Source: an uncultured Clostridium sp.
GTDB taxonomy: Bacteria > Bacillota > Clostridia > TANB77 > CAG-508
DNA: 64,000 bases
Reading direction: 5' to 3'
Assembly: GCA_947646915.1 (NCBI GenBank)
Contig: CANSII010000001.1
Coordinates: 9,635 to 73,634 of the forward strand
The stretch's first letter is position 1. Each line of letters starts with the position of its first letter. The notes under the pieces are model-generated. The model was not told the DNA's origin, did no database searches, and saw only the letters and a list, made by a program, of their open reading frames with translations. The position numbers and the translations under genes are program-made. Shown in pieces: positions 1-9,717 of this stretch.

Positions 1-411
1 TGCTTTTACTTGTTCTACCACATCTTTATTAGAAGATAATGTTTCAAATCTGTTAGCTTGGTCTTTATTAAATCCTAATCTTGTTATTACTTCTTGTTTT
101 GTTTCTTGTTTTTTGGTATTTTCGCATTGGTGCGAATTTACCTCTTTATATTGATTACCTTTAAAAGTATTCATTTTAGGTATTTGTTTTAATAAATCTC
201 CAATTCTAACTTCTGCATCTAATAAAGCTTCTGCTAACATTTGTGCTTCTTCTTTTTTTTGTTCTCTTACTTCTTCTGCAAGTTGTACTTTATTTATTGC
301 TCTTATTTCTGCTCTAACTGCTGTCAATTTTTCTCTACCAACTAAAACAAATTTTGATAAATCTTCTAATGTATTTGGTAAATTATTTTGATATACTGTT
401 AAATTATTCAT
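1..411 (-). CDS. Prophage early protein, runs off the window (MNNLTVYQNNLPNTLEDLSKFVLVGREKL...)
   Basis: Hand-translated: ATG at 411 after GGAGG SD, open to position 1; downstream of the cro-like gene. Confidence 0.7.
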   Translation of the reverse strand, partial: MNNLTVYQNNLPNTLEDLSKFVLVGREKLTAVRAEIRAINKVQLAEEVREQKKEEAQMLAEALLDAEVRIGDLLKQIPKMNTFKGNQYKEVNSHQCENTKKQETKQEVITRLGFNKDQANRFETLSSNKDVVEQVKA

Positions 412-477
412 TTGCCTTCGCCTCCTTCCTTTTATACTTTAACATCTGTTTTTTCTTAAAATTAACATTTCTAAAAT

Positions 478-630
478 TTAATTTTTTGTTTCATTTAAAT
501 TTCTTAAAATTTCACATCCTATTTTGTTAAATTCTTCATAAACTTTATCATTTTCCTCTTTTGTTTTTGGAAAATATGTATCATCTACTTCTATTGTTGT
601 ATCCCCTATTTTAAAACTCTTTACTACCAT
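478..630 (-). CDS. Small prophage protein, 50 aa (MVVKSFKIGDTTIEVDDTYFPK...)
   Basis: Hand-translated; GAGGTG SD; below the ORF-track length cutoff. Confidence 0.6.
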   Translation of the reverse strand: MVVKSFKIGDTTIEVDDTYFPKTKEENDKVYEEFNKIGCEILRNLNETKN

Positions 631-713
631 TTTGTAATCACCTCTTTAGATTTGTATTCATATTGGTTGTACTATATTTCCAATAGTTTTATACTTTTCG
701 TACCGTGTCGCAA

Positions 714-932
714 TTATTTATTCGTTTTAAGCGAATTATTAGTTAAATTAAAAAAGTCACTACTCATATTATATAATTTTTCCATTTCTCTTACTTTATC
801 CCAACTTGGAATTGTAATCCCATGTTCCCAATTACTTAATGTCGCTGGATTTACTCTTAATTTCTTTGCTGCATTTTTTTGGTTGTATCCTGCATTTACC
901 CTTGCTGCTTCTAAAGATATTTTTACTTCCAA
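714..932 (-). CDS. Cro-like XRE HTH regulator
   Basis: SLEAARVNAGYNQKNAAKKLRVNPATLSNWEHG HTH pattern; divergent from the repressor. Confidence 0.85.
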   Translation of the reverse strand: MEVKISLEAARVNAGYNQKNAAKKLRVNPATLSNWEHGITIPSWDKVREMEKLYNMSSDFFNLTNNSLKTNK

Positions 933-1069
933 AATAATTCCTCCTTTCTTATTTCGCTTTAAGTATATTACGCTTTTAGAAAAATGTCAATACCAAAAGC
1001 GAAATTTTTTAAAAAAAATATTGCTTTTTTTTCGTTTTTAGCTTATACTATACATTAGGAGGTTTTAAA

Positions 1070-1702
1070 ATGATAAAAAATCAAAAAGAAATCTTTTCTA
1101 ATAATTTAAAAAAATGGTTATCTATTAGAAATAAAACTCAAACTGATATAGTTGAAACTTTTGATATTTCTCCATCAACAGTTTCAGATTGGTGTAATGC
1201 AAAAAAATTTCCAAGAATTGATAAAATAGAAATGTTAGCAAATTTCTTAAATATATATAAATCTGATTTAATAGAAGAACATGGTCGAACAGACATCTTT
1301 GGTAATCCTGTTGTTAGCATTCCAATATTAGGTATAGTAAAAGCTGGATATGATTATTTAACTCAAGAAAACTGGATTGGTACTATAGATATAGATAAAA
1401 AATTAGCAGATAGTGGAGAGTTTTTTGCTTTGAAAGTTCGTGGAGATAGTATGTCTCCAGTATTAATTGAAGATGATATTGTTATTATTAAGAGGCAAAA
1501 TGATTTTGAAAATGGCGATATTATAGTTGCTATTATTAATGGAGATGAAGCAACTATAAAAAAAGGAAAGAAAAGTGACAAAAGTATTTTACTTCAACCA
1601 CTAAACACTAATTATGAGCCACTTATATTTACTAATGAAGAAATGAAAACTATACCAGTTACAATAGTTGGAATAGTTAAACAATTGAAAAGAGAATTTT
1701 AA
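1070..1702 (+). CDS. CI/LexA-like phage repressor (XRE HTH + S24 peptidase)
   Basis: N-terminal HTH; FALKVRGDSMSP and ATIKK S24 catalytic Ser/Lys motifs. Confidence 0.92.
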   Translation: MIKNQKEIFSNNLKKWLSIRNKTQTDIVETFDISPSTVSDWCNAKKFPRIDKIEMLANFLNIYKSDLIEEHGRTDIFGNPVVSIPILGIVKAGYDYLTQENWIGTIDIDKKLADSGEFFALKVRGDSMSPVLIEDDIVIIKRQNDFENGDIIVAIINGDEATIKKGKKSDKSILLQPLNTNYEPLIFTNEEMKTIPVTIVGIVKQLKREF

Positions 1703-1852
1703 AAAGAGAATTATGTTCCAAAGTTTGCGACACGGTACATAATTCCCACATATAAACACTATTGAAAGTGATTACTTCTATATTATACAATATACAATCC
1801 TTCATTTTCAATAGTTTATTAAAAATAAATTTGAAAATGGAGGAATTTTTTT

Positions 1853-3409
1853 ATGCAAAACTCAATAAATAATAATATGGAATATTATTGTGCATATTTA
1901 AGAAAAAGTAGAAAAGATATTGATGCTGAATCTCATGGTCAAGGAGAAACTTTAGCAAGACATGAAAAAAGACTAAGAGACTATGCAGATTCAACAGGAA
2001 TTAAGATAAGTAAATTTTATAAAGAAATAGTATCAGGGGAAACAATTTCTTCTCGACCTGTTATGCAACAACTATTAACAGATGTTGAAAATGGTATGTG
2101 GAGTGGTGTTTTAGTTGTTGAAGTAGAACGTTTAGCAAGAGGTAATACATTAGATCAAGGTATTGTTTCTAATGCTTTTCAATATTCAAATACAAAAATA
2201 ATTACACCTTTAAAAACTTATGACCCTAATAATGATTATGACGAAGAATATTTTGAATTTGGTTTGTTTATGTCTAGAAGAGAATATAAAAAGATAAATC
2301 AAAGGCTTCATGAAGGGATACTATCAAGTGTAAATGAAGGAAAACATGTGGGAACTTCAGCTCCTTATGGATATGATAAATATAAATTACCAAAGCAAAA
2401 AGGATTTTCTCTAAAAATAAATGAATATGAAGCCAATATGATAAAATTAATATATAGTTTATATTGTAGTGGTAATGGTCTAGAATTTATATGTAACGAG
2501 CTTAATAGACTAGGCTATAAACCTCGTAGAAGCAATGAATTTACAAAATCAACTATATCTCATATCCTTACTAATCCTGTTTACATAGGTACTATAAAAT
2601 ATACAGATAAAGCTACTACAAAAAAGATTGTCAATGGAAATGTTATAAGAGTAAAAAATGAAAATAAAAATGTAATATCTGTAGATGGACTTCATGAACC
2701 TATAATAGATTTAGATACATGGAATAAAGTTCAAAATATACGAAAAGGAAATTTAATTGGTAGAACCAAAGTAGATTATACTTTAAAAAATCCTATGGCT
2801 TCTATTTTGAAATGTGGACTTTGTGGAAGCTCATTATCAAGAATTACATATTCAGATAGAAATGATGTAAGAATATGTTGTAGAAAATGCACAGATAATG
2901 TAGGAAGTAATATTGAATATGTAGAAAATAAGTTATTACAATCATTACAATTGTTGCTAGATGATTATAAAATAAAATTGATTAATAATGATAATAGTGA
3001 TATTGAAATGTTACTTAAAATAAATGATGATAGTATTTTAAATTATATGACTGAATTAGACAAATTGAAACTACAATTAAATAAAACTTATGATTTATTA
3101 GAACAAGAAATTTATACTAAAGATATATTTATAGAACGTTCTAATTTATTAAAACAACAGATAAAAACAATTAATAGTAACATTACTAAATTAAAATCTG
3201 AAAAAAATCAGATTCTTAATATAAAAAACAATAAAGAACTTCTAGTTCCAAAAATAGAAAAGGTTATAGGTTGCTATAATGAAACTAATAATGCTAAAAC
3301 TAAAAATCAATTATTAAAAAGTGTATTAGAAAAAGTCGAATATACAAAAATAACCCCTATGAATAAATATGATTTTAAATTAAAATTGTATCCTAAAATT
3401 CAAGCATAG
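1853..3409 (+). CDS. Large serine recombinase (phage integrase)
   Basis: AYLRKS catalytic Ser motif, ERLARG, recombinase domain (APYGY, LTNPVYIG), CGLCG zinc ribbon, coiled coil. Confidence 0.95.
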   Translation: MQNSINNNMEYYCAYLRKSRKDIDAESHGQGETLARHEKRLRDYADSTGIKISKFYKEIVSGETISSRPVMQQLLTDVENGMWSGVLVVEVERLARGNTLDQGIVSNAFQYSNTKIITPLKTYDPNNDYDEEYFEFGLFMSRREYKKINQRLHEGILSSVNEGKHVGTSAPYGYDKYKLPKQKGFSLKINEYEANMIKLIYSLYCSGNGLEFICNELNRLGYKPRRSNEFTKSTISHILTNPVYIGTIKYTDKATTKKIVNGNVIRVKNENKNVISVDGLHEPIIDLDTWNKVQNIRKGNLIGRTKVDYTLKNPMASILKCGLCGSSLSRITYSDRNDVRICCRKCTDNVGSNIEYVENKLLQSLQLLLDDYKIKLINNDNSDIEMLLKINDDSILNYMTELDKLKLQLNKTYDLLEQEIYTKDIFIERSNLLKQQIKTINSNITKLKSEKNQILNIKNNKELLVPKIEKVIGCYNETNNAKTKNQLLKSVLEKVEYTKITPMNKYDFKLKLYPKIQA

Positions 3410-3430
3410 AATTTTTTTATTCTATGCTTG
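3401..3430. terminator. Hairpin between the convergent integrase and host gene
   Basis: Perfect inverted repeat CAAGCATAGAAT...ATTCTATGCTTG. Confidence 0.6.
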
Positions 3431-3435
3431 TAACA

Positions 3436-3852
3436 TTAACATCTTGATTTGTCAAAGTGCACCCATGTTGGAGTTAAATTTAATGGCTCTAAATATGTCC
3501 ATATTTGGGCATTATTTGCACTATTCCATAATCTAGCTCTTTGGCTATTGCTTAATGTTTGACCAACGTCAAATGCTACACCTGCATAATGTTGACTTTG
3601 GTTTCCATGACCCCCTTCATATGGTCTTTTAAATGCAAAACCTACTGGAATCGGAGCTCCAAATAAGTATCTTTGACTATTCCATGTTTGCATAGTTCTT
3701 TTAGTAGTCCATAAGATATTGCTTCTACTAGAACCTCTAAACTCTCTAACTTTTAATGTATTGTTTGTATTATATGGCATTGATTCTGCTTCACCTCTGT
3801 AATATGTCTCCATTCTATCAGTATCATTATTAAAAATAAGTATTTTTGCCAT
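3436..3852 (-). pseudogene. 5' part of a peptidase M15-like/peptidoglycan-binding protein, probably interrupted by the prophage
   Basis: SQHYAGVAFD and WVHFD zinc-peptidase-like motifs; ORF ends a few codons after WVHFD at the phage boundary. Confidence 0.65.
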
Positions 3853-3930
3853 AAAAAAATCCTCCTCATATATCTTATATTATAGTATGAGAAAGATTAA
3901 TTAATTGTTACCAAAACATAACATACAACA

Positions 3931-5680
3931 CTATACTGCTAAATTTGTATAATACGCATTATACAACTTAGAATAATAACCTTCAGGATTAGCCATAAGT
4001 TCATCATGATTTCCTTGTTCTAAAATCTCACCATTATTTAACACAATAATTTTATCAACATTAACAATTGTAGACAATCTATGCGCAATAAAAATTGATG
4101 TCTTTTCTTTTGAAATTTTATCAATTGATTGTTGAATAAGTTCTTCTGTTTTTGTATCAATATTTGCAGTTGCCTCATCCAAAATAAATATTGAAGGATT
4201 ATGTGCAAAAATTCTTGCAAAAGCCAATAATTGCTTTTGCCCTGCTGAAAATGAACCACCTCTCTCATGAGCTATTTCGTCTATACCATTAGGAAGTGAA
4301 TTTACAAAATCTTCAGCAGAAGATAATCGTATTGTCTCTTTTATTGCTTCATCTGTCAAATTCTCATTTAATTCTATATTATCTTTAATACTTTTTGCAA
4401 ATATAAATGGATCTTGCAATATTATTCCAATTTTCTTTCTAAGCCAATGCAAATTAATATCTTTTATATTTACTCCATCTAATAAAATTTCGCCTTTTTG
4501 TATCTCATAAAATCGGTTAATTAAATTTATAATTGTTGTTTTTCCGTGAGCCTGTCCTGCCAACTAATGCGATACTTTGCCCAGGTTCTATTGTGAAGCT
4601 AATATCTTTTAAAATCCAATTTTCTTCTTCATATGCAAACCATACATTTTTAAATTCAATTTTGCCTTTTACTTCTTCTAATTCTATTCCTTTTTCAATA
4701 TCTTCTAAATATTCTTTATGTTCTAAAATCTCATAAATTTTATTTATTGAAACAATTGCTTCTTGTATTGTTTCAAAATTTTCTACGATTCTTTGTATTG
4801 GTTCAAACATTTGCTTTAAATATGTTATAAATATATAGATTATTCCAACATCTAAATTTATATTAAATAATTTGTTTACACAAATCCATGTAATTATTGA
4901 TACTCCTAAATTTTCAAATATTACCATAAATGAAACCATAAAGCCCTCTGTAAATGCTGTAGGTGTTCTAGATTTACAGAAATTATTACATAACTCTGAA
5001 CATTCTTTTACTTTCTCATATTGTCTATTAAATATTTTAATTAATTTAACACCATATATTGATTCAGATAAGAATATATTTAATTTTGTTTTTGCCTTTT
5101 TTGAATATTCTTGTGCTTTTCTACTAATTTTAATTATTATTACTGATGTTAATATAACTACTGGTAGTAATAAAAAACATAGTAGTGCTAATTTATAGTC
5201 TATTAATAACATCATTAATGCTAATGCTATTACCATTAAAATGTCTTTTACTATTGTTGTTATTACATCTTTAAAAAATGTTGTGATGTCTTCAACATCA
5301 CTTGTAATTCTTACAAATAATGTTCCTGATGGTGTTTTATCGTGAAATGCTATATTTGCATTTTGTATATATTTATATAGTTTGTTTCTTATAGTATATA
5401 CAACATTTTCTCCAATCATACTTGTTGTTGTACTTACAAGAAAGTCTAAAATATTTCCAATTATTACTATTCCTATATATATACTTCCTAATATTCCTAT
5501 TGTTATAATTCCTTTTTGCCACAATCCTTCACTTAGATAGCTGTCTATTGTGATTTTTACTAAATATGGTTTTATTACTTCTCCTATGTTTACTATTATT
5601 GCTAATATTGATATTATTATGATTGCTTTTGCTTCTGGTTTTAACATTTTATATATTCTGTTTATTGTTTTACTCTTCAT
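3931..5680 (-). CDS. ABC exporter permease/ATPase subunit, ~582 aa after +1 shift at CGG 4546-4544
   Basis: TM domain + NBD; Walker A GRTGS-GKT restored by skipping one C; FSAGQKQ and ILDEAT in the second frame. Confidence 0.85.
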
Positions 5681-5687
5681 ATGTGCC

Positions 5688-5880
5688 TCACTTTCGCTTC
5701 ACTTCGTTTCGCTCATCGTCATCCAAGATTTTTCTTTGAAAAATCTCGTCTGCCAAATCTTTGTCTTTGGAGCATTTCCACTTCGTTTCGCTCATCGTCA
5801 TCCAAGATTTTTCTTTGAAAAATCTCGTCTGCCAAATCTTTGTCTTTGGAGCATTTTCGCTTCGCTCGTTCATCGTCCTT
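5688..5880. repeat. Tandem ~78-bp palindromic REP-like units (2 full + partial)
   Basis: CACTTCGTTTCGCTCATCGTCATCCAAGATTTTTCTTTGAAAAATCTCGTCTGCCAAATC repeated; related copies at ~47765 and ~61520. Confidence 0.85.
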
Positions 5881-5883
5881 GCT

Positions 5884-7629
5884 TTAACTTAAAAAGTCTG
5901 ATTCTGCTTTTGTTGATTGTTGATTATAAAATTGACTATAAATGCCCTTATTACTAATTAATTCATCATGTTTGCCACTTTCTACAATGTTTCCATTATC
6001 TAATACTATAATTTTATCGCTATTTTTAACGTCAGATACTTTATTTGAAATAATAATACAAGTTTTTTCTTTTGATAATTCCTTAATATTTTGTAATAAT
6101 TTCTCAGATGTTTTATTATCTAAAGCTGAAAATGTATCATCAAAAATTAATATTGGACTTTCTTTTAAAAATGCTCTTGAAATTGCTATTCTTTGTTTTT
6201 GGCCTCCTGATAAATCTCCTCCTCGCTCTCCTATTACAGTATTTATTCCTTCTGGCATCTTTTTAATATCCTCATATACAATAGCTTTTTTTGTGCTGTC
6301 TTTAATTTCTTCATCTTCATATTCTTCTTTAAATAAACTGATATTATCTTTTAATGATGATGAAAATAAGAAATTATCTTGTGTTATATAACAAATATTA
6401 TTTCTTAATATTTCAATCGGAATTTGATTTATATCTTTACCATCTATTATTATTTTACCATCAGGAACATTATATAATCTTGTAATTAAATTCATTAATG
6501 TGGTTTTTCCGCTTCCTATAGTTCCTAATATACCTAATGTCTCTCCTTTTCTTATATCTAAATTTATATTTTTAAGTGCATTATCTATAAAACCTGGATA
6601 ACTGAAACTCAAATTTCTAATTTGTATGTTCCCATCTAATCTATCCTTTTTAAAAGTATTTTTTTCATTAATTTTTTCTAAATCTAATTTGTAAATTTCA
6701 TCTAATCTTTTATAAGAAATTTGTGCTCTCTTAAATCTTGAAATCAAGTTAGGAAGCCACTTAATTGGTCCTACAAATAAACCTATGTATCCATTAAATG
6801 TTACTAATTCACCAATAGTTATTGTTCCCTCTATTACTAATTTAGATCCATATATTAAAGAAATTGCATAACAGCTTCCAAAACAAATATTTAAACATAA
6901 TGTTATTAAATTAGAAAAAACATCTACTGCATTATTACTTTGTTTTACTCTTTTATTTCTTCTAATAAATTCTTTTAGCTGACTTTTTTCACAAGAATAT
7001 GCTTTTGTTGTTCTTATACTGTCTGTACTTTCTTGTATATATTCTGACATTTGTGTAAACATTTCTTGAGACTTCTTGAAACTTGTTTCTACATATGCTT
7101 TTATTTTTACTACACAATATGCTCCAACTATTATTGGTACCATTACTGCAATTGTTAGATATAAATTTACACTTTGAATCATTTGAAATATTGCAATTAT
7201 AAATGTAAAACCAATTCTTGGACCATGAGAAAAAATTCTATATGCTGTCGATCTAAGCTCATTTATATCTTTTACAAAGTATGACATAATTTCACCATTT
7301 TTAATGTTTTGTATGTCTTTTAATTTTAACTTTAAAAATCTTTTAAAAAAATTTACCTTTACATCTCTTTCAAATCTTCTAACTATAATAACTTCAAAAT
7401 ATTTCCATATTCCCCTTACAATCAATAAAATAAAACATATTCCTATCAAGTAGTATGTATTATTCAATATCTCTTGTTTGTTATTTTCTAAATCATATAA
7501 CATATCAATAATATTACCAATAATGATTGATGGATATGTTAATAAATATATATTTATTCCTATAAATAAAACTTGTATTAATATTTTCCATTTGTATTTT
7601 TTTAGTGTTTCTATTATAACTTCTTTCAT
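5884..7629 (-). CDS. ABC exporter permease/ATPase subunit (heterodimer partner)
   Basis: GTIGSGKT, LSGGQKQR, IFDD; multiple N-terminal TM segments. Confidence 0.92.
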   Translation of the reverse strand: MKEVIIETLKKYKWKILIQVLFIGINIYLLTYPSIIIGNIIDMLYDLENNKQEILNNTYYLIGICFILLIVRGIWKYFEVIIVRRFERDVKVNFFKRFLKLKLKDIQNIKNGEIMSYFVKDINELRSTAYRIFSHGPRIGFTFIIAIFQMIQSVNLYLTIAVMVPIIVGAYCVVKIKAYVETSFKKSQEMFTQMSEYIQESTDSIRTTKAYSCEKSQLKEFIRRNKRVKQSNNAVDVFSNLITLCLNICFGSCYAISLIYGSKLVIEGTITIGELVTFNGYIGLFVGPIKWLPNLISRFKRAQISYKRLDEIYKLDLEKINEKNTFKKDRLDGNIQIRNLSFSYPGFIDNALKNINLDIRKGETLGILGTIGSGKTTLMNLITRLYNVPDGKIIIDGKDINQIPIEILRNNICYITQDNFLFSSSLKDNISLFKEEYEDEEIKDSTKKAIVYEDIKKMPEGINTVIGERGGDLSGGQKQRIAISRAFLKESPILIFDDTFSALDNKTSEKLLQNIKELSKEKTCIIISNKVSDVKNSDKIIVLDNGNIVESGKHDELISNKGIYSQFYNQQSTKAESDFLS

Positions 7630-7689
7630 TTTTTTCTCTTCCTAAGTATTATATTTATTTTTTAACAAATTAGCTTTTAATAATCAAAT

Positions 7690-7881
7690 TTAAAACTTAA
7701 ACTTTTTTTGAATATTTTCTGCTGTATTATATAATTCCTCTGAATTAAATCCATATGTTTGTTTTCCTTGTATTTGTTTTTGCTCCATCTGTGTTTGTAA
7801 ATACATTAACTCTATATGATCTTTAGTACCCATTTCATCAAAATCAAACTTCATTTTAATCATCTTTCCTTTTTCTATCAA
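7690..7881 (-). CDS. Small hypothetical protein
   Basis: 63-aa ORF, co-oriented with neighbours; start uncertain. Confidence 0.4.
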   Translation of the reverse strand: MIEKGKMIKMKFDFDEMGTKDHIELMYLQTQMEQKQIQGKQTYGFNSEELYNTAENIQKKFKF

Positions 7882-7990
7882 TTTCTTTAATAATATATAT
7901 TATTTTCCTTTTTTTTACAAGCTTTTTTGCTATTTAATTTTATAAAAAATGACCTAATGTTACTATTCACAGCTAATATTAACATTAATA

Positions 7991-8146
7991 TAAAAAGTGT
8001 TATAAATATAATATTTAATATTGAGTTCGACAATTAGTTGTTATTCACTTTAAGCGATTATAGTGTGTCTCTAAAATTTGAATATTCAGTATCTCAAACG
8101 CCTTGGAGAACGGAAATCTTAAATATTATATTTATAACACTTTTTA
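7991..8146. repeat. Structured intergenic repeat, family A
   Basis: 28-bp perfect terminal IR around core GAGTTCGAC..TTATTCACTTTAA..TTATAGTGTGT..CCTTGGAGAACGGA. Confidence 0.8.
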
Positions 8147-8324
8147 CTACTATTTTTAAGGCTGTGAATTATACTGACCTAATATAATCCTACTACATCT
8201 ATAAAAATAGTAGGCATCTGGAAACTTCTAGATACCTAGATTCGTTGCTTAGCTATTTACTTATCACTTCATAGCATCTGTTCAATTGAACACACTAAAA
8301 CGATTTTAGGTAGTAATTACTTAT

Positions 8325-9623
8325 CTAACGTTTTTTTAACTTAAAATATAATATACTAACTAATAAAGCAACAATTATGAAAAACAATAAAAAAATTCCA
8401 AAAATGCTTTTTCGTTCATCAAATTTTTCATTATCTTTAGTTTCATTTTCTTTTTGCAAAACATTTGAATTATCACTTGTTTTCTCTAATTGATAAATTT
8501 CTTCTAACTTATGAATATTTTCCTGTTGTTCATTTTGAAAAACAATTTCTTCATCATAATTTCTTTTATATACATTTAGTACATATAACTTTTTTGAAAA
8601 ACCATTTTGAGCTGTAACAGTAATAGAAATCAAATTATTTCCCTCATTTAAATTACTATTACCATCTATTTTTACTGTTGCATCAGGATTTTCAGGAACT
8701 GCAAAAATATTAAGACTTGATAATTCATTAGATACATTTATATTATATTGTGTATTATTAGGATCAAAAGGAGGATTTAATAATACATTTTCTACAGCTA
8801 ATATTTCCAAACTAGTATTTGCTAAATTTTCATTATCAGTTTTTGTAACTTCAATAGTATATACATTACTTTGAGTTTTATCTTCTGACAAAACATTTAT
8901 TGTAATTACATTTAAACCTGTTATTAAATTTTTATTTCCTTTTATATCAATAATAGAATTTGGATTTTCTCCAATTGCTAAAACATTAATATTTTCAACG
9001 TCAATTGGAATAGTTAAATAATATTTATAAATATCTTGCTTAAATTCAGGAGTGATACCTTCTCTATCTAATCTTAAAACCTGCAAATTAGCATTATTAG
9101 TCTGTAAATTTTTTGCATTATTCTCCTCTGTTATGTCATTTATTATAGTTTGCTCTTTTCCAATCATAATCTGTACATCTTTAAAATTAGTTTCAATTTG
9201 TTTGTTTTGATTATCATAAAATTCGCCATTTACAGAAAATGTAGCTATTCCTCTTTCTTTTGCTTTAAACTTGAATTTAGCTAATTCTCCCTCTAAGGGA
9301 GTATTTCCACCTGTTTTATCATACCATACATAAACTATATGATTTTCTATAACATTAACATTTTCTGGTCCAGAAATATATTCCAATTTTAAATTATCAA
9401 AATAGATATATATTGAAAATGCCACTGTTTTAGCATTCTCAATTAAAACTGTAACCTCTATCTCTTCATTTTCTTCATATATTTCTTTACTACTATTTAC
9501 TGAAACTGTTGCTGTACTTTGTGCATAACTAATATTACATATCCAACAACCACTTATAAATAATAATACAAAAAATATACATATTAAAGTTTTTATTTTG
9601 TTTTTTATATTCATAATGTTCAC
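8325..9623 (-). CDS. Membrane-anchored protein with cohesin-like and two cadherin-like beta-sandwich domains
   Basis: Signal peptide; FDNLKLEYISG...LAKFKFKAK cohesin-like; two repeats ending YTIEVTK/YVLNVYK; C-terminal TM + KKR. Confidence 0.7.
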   Translation of the reverse strand: MNIMNIKNKIKTLICIFFVLLFISGCWICNISYAQSTATVSVNSSKEIYEENEEIEVTVLIENAKTVAFSIYIYFDNLKLEYISGPENVNVIENHIVYVWYDKTGGNTPLEGELAKFKFKAKERGIATFSVNGEFYDNQNKQIETNFKDVQIMIGKEQTIINDITEENNAKNLQTNNANLQVLRLDREGITPEFKQDIYKYYLTIPIDVENINVLAIGENPNSIIDIKGNKNLITGLNVITINVLSEDKTQSNVYTIEVTKTDNENLANTSLEILAVENVLLNPPFDPNNTQYNINVSNELSSLNIFAVPENPDATVKIDGNSNLNEGNNLISITVTAQNGFSKKLYVLNVYKRNYDEEIVFQNEQQENIHKLEEIYQLEKTSDNSNVLQKENETKDNEKFDERKSIFGIFLLFFIIVALLVSILYFKLKKR

Positions 9624-9717
9624 CTTTTTTCTATATTTTAATTTTTTTAAGTTCCTAATTATATTATATGAAATTGTTTATATATAAACAATTTCATTAT
9701 AATATTTAAAACTAAAA

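Larger units (their letters stand above)
1..3450. mobile_element. End of a serine-integrase prophage
   Basis: cro/cI switch plus integrase abutting an apparently truncated host gene. Confidence 0.8.

Noticed and set aside
5688..5880. Tandem repeat as a CRISPR array, or the 61-aa ORF as a gene
   Set aside because: The units are contiguous with no unique spacers and no cas genes; the ORF is just the repeat translated.
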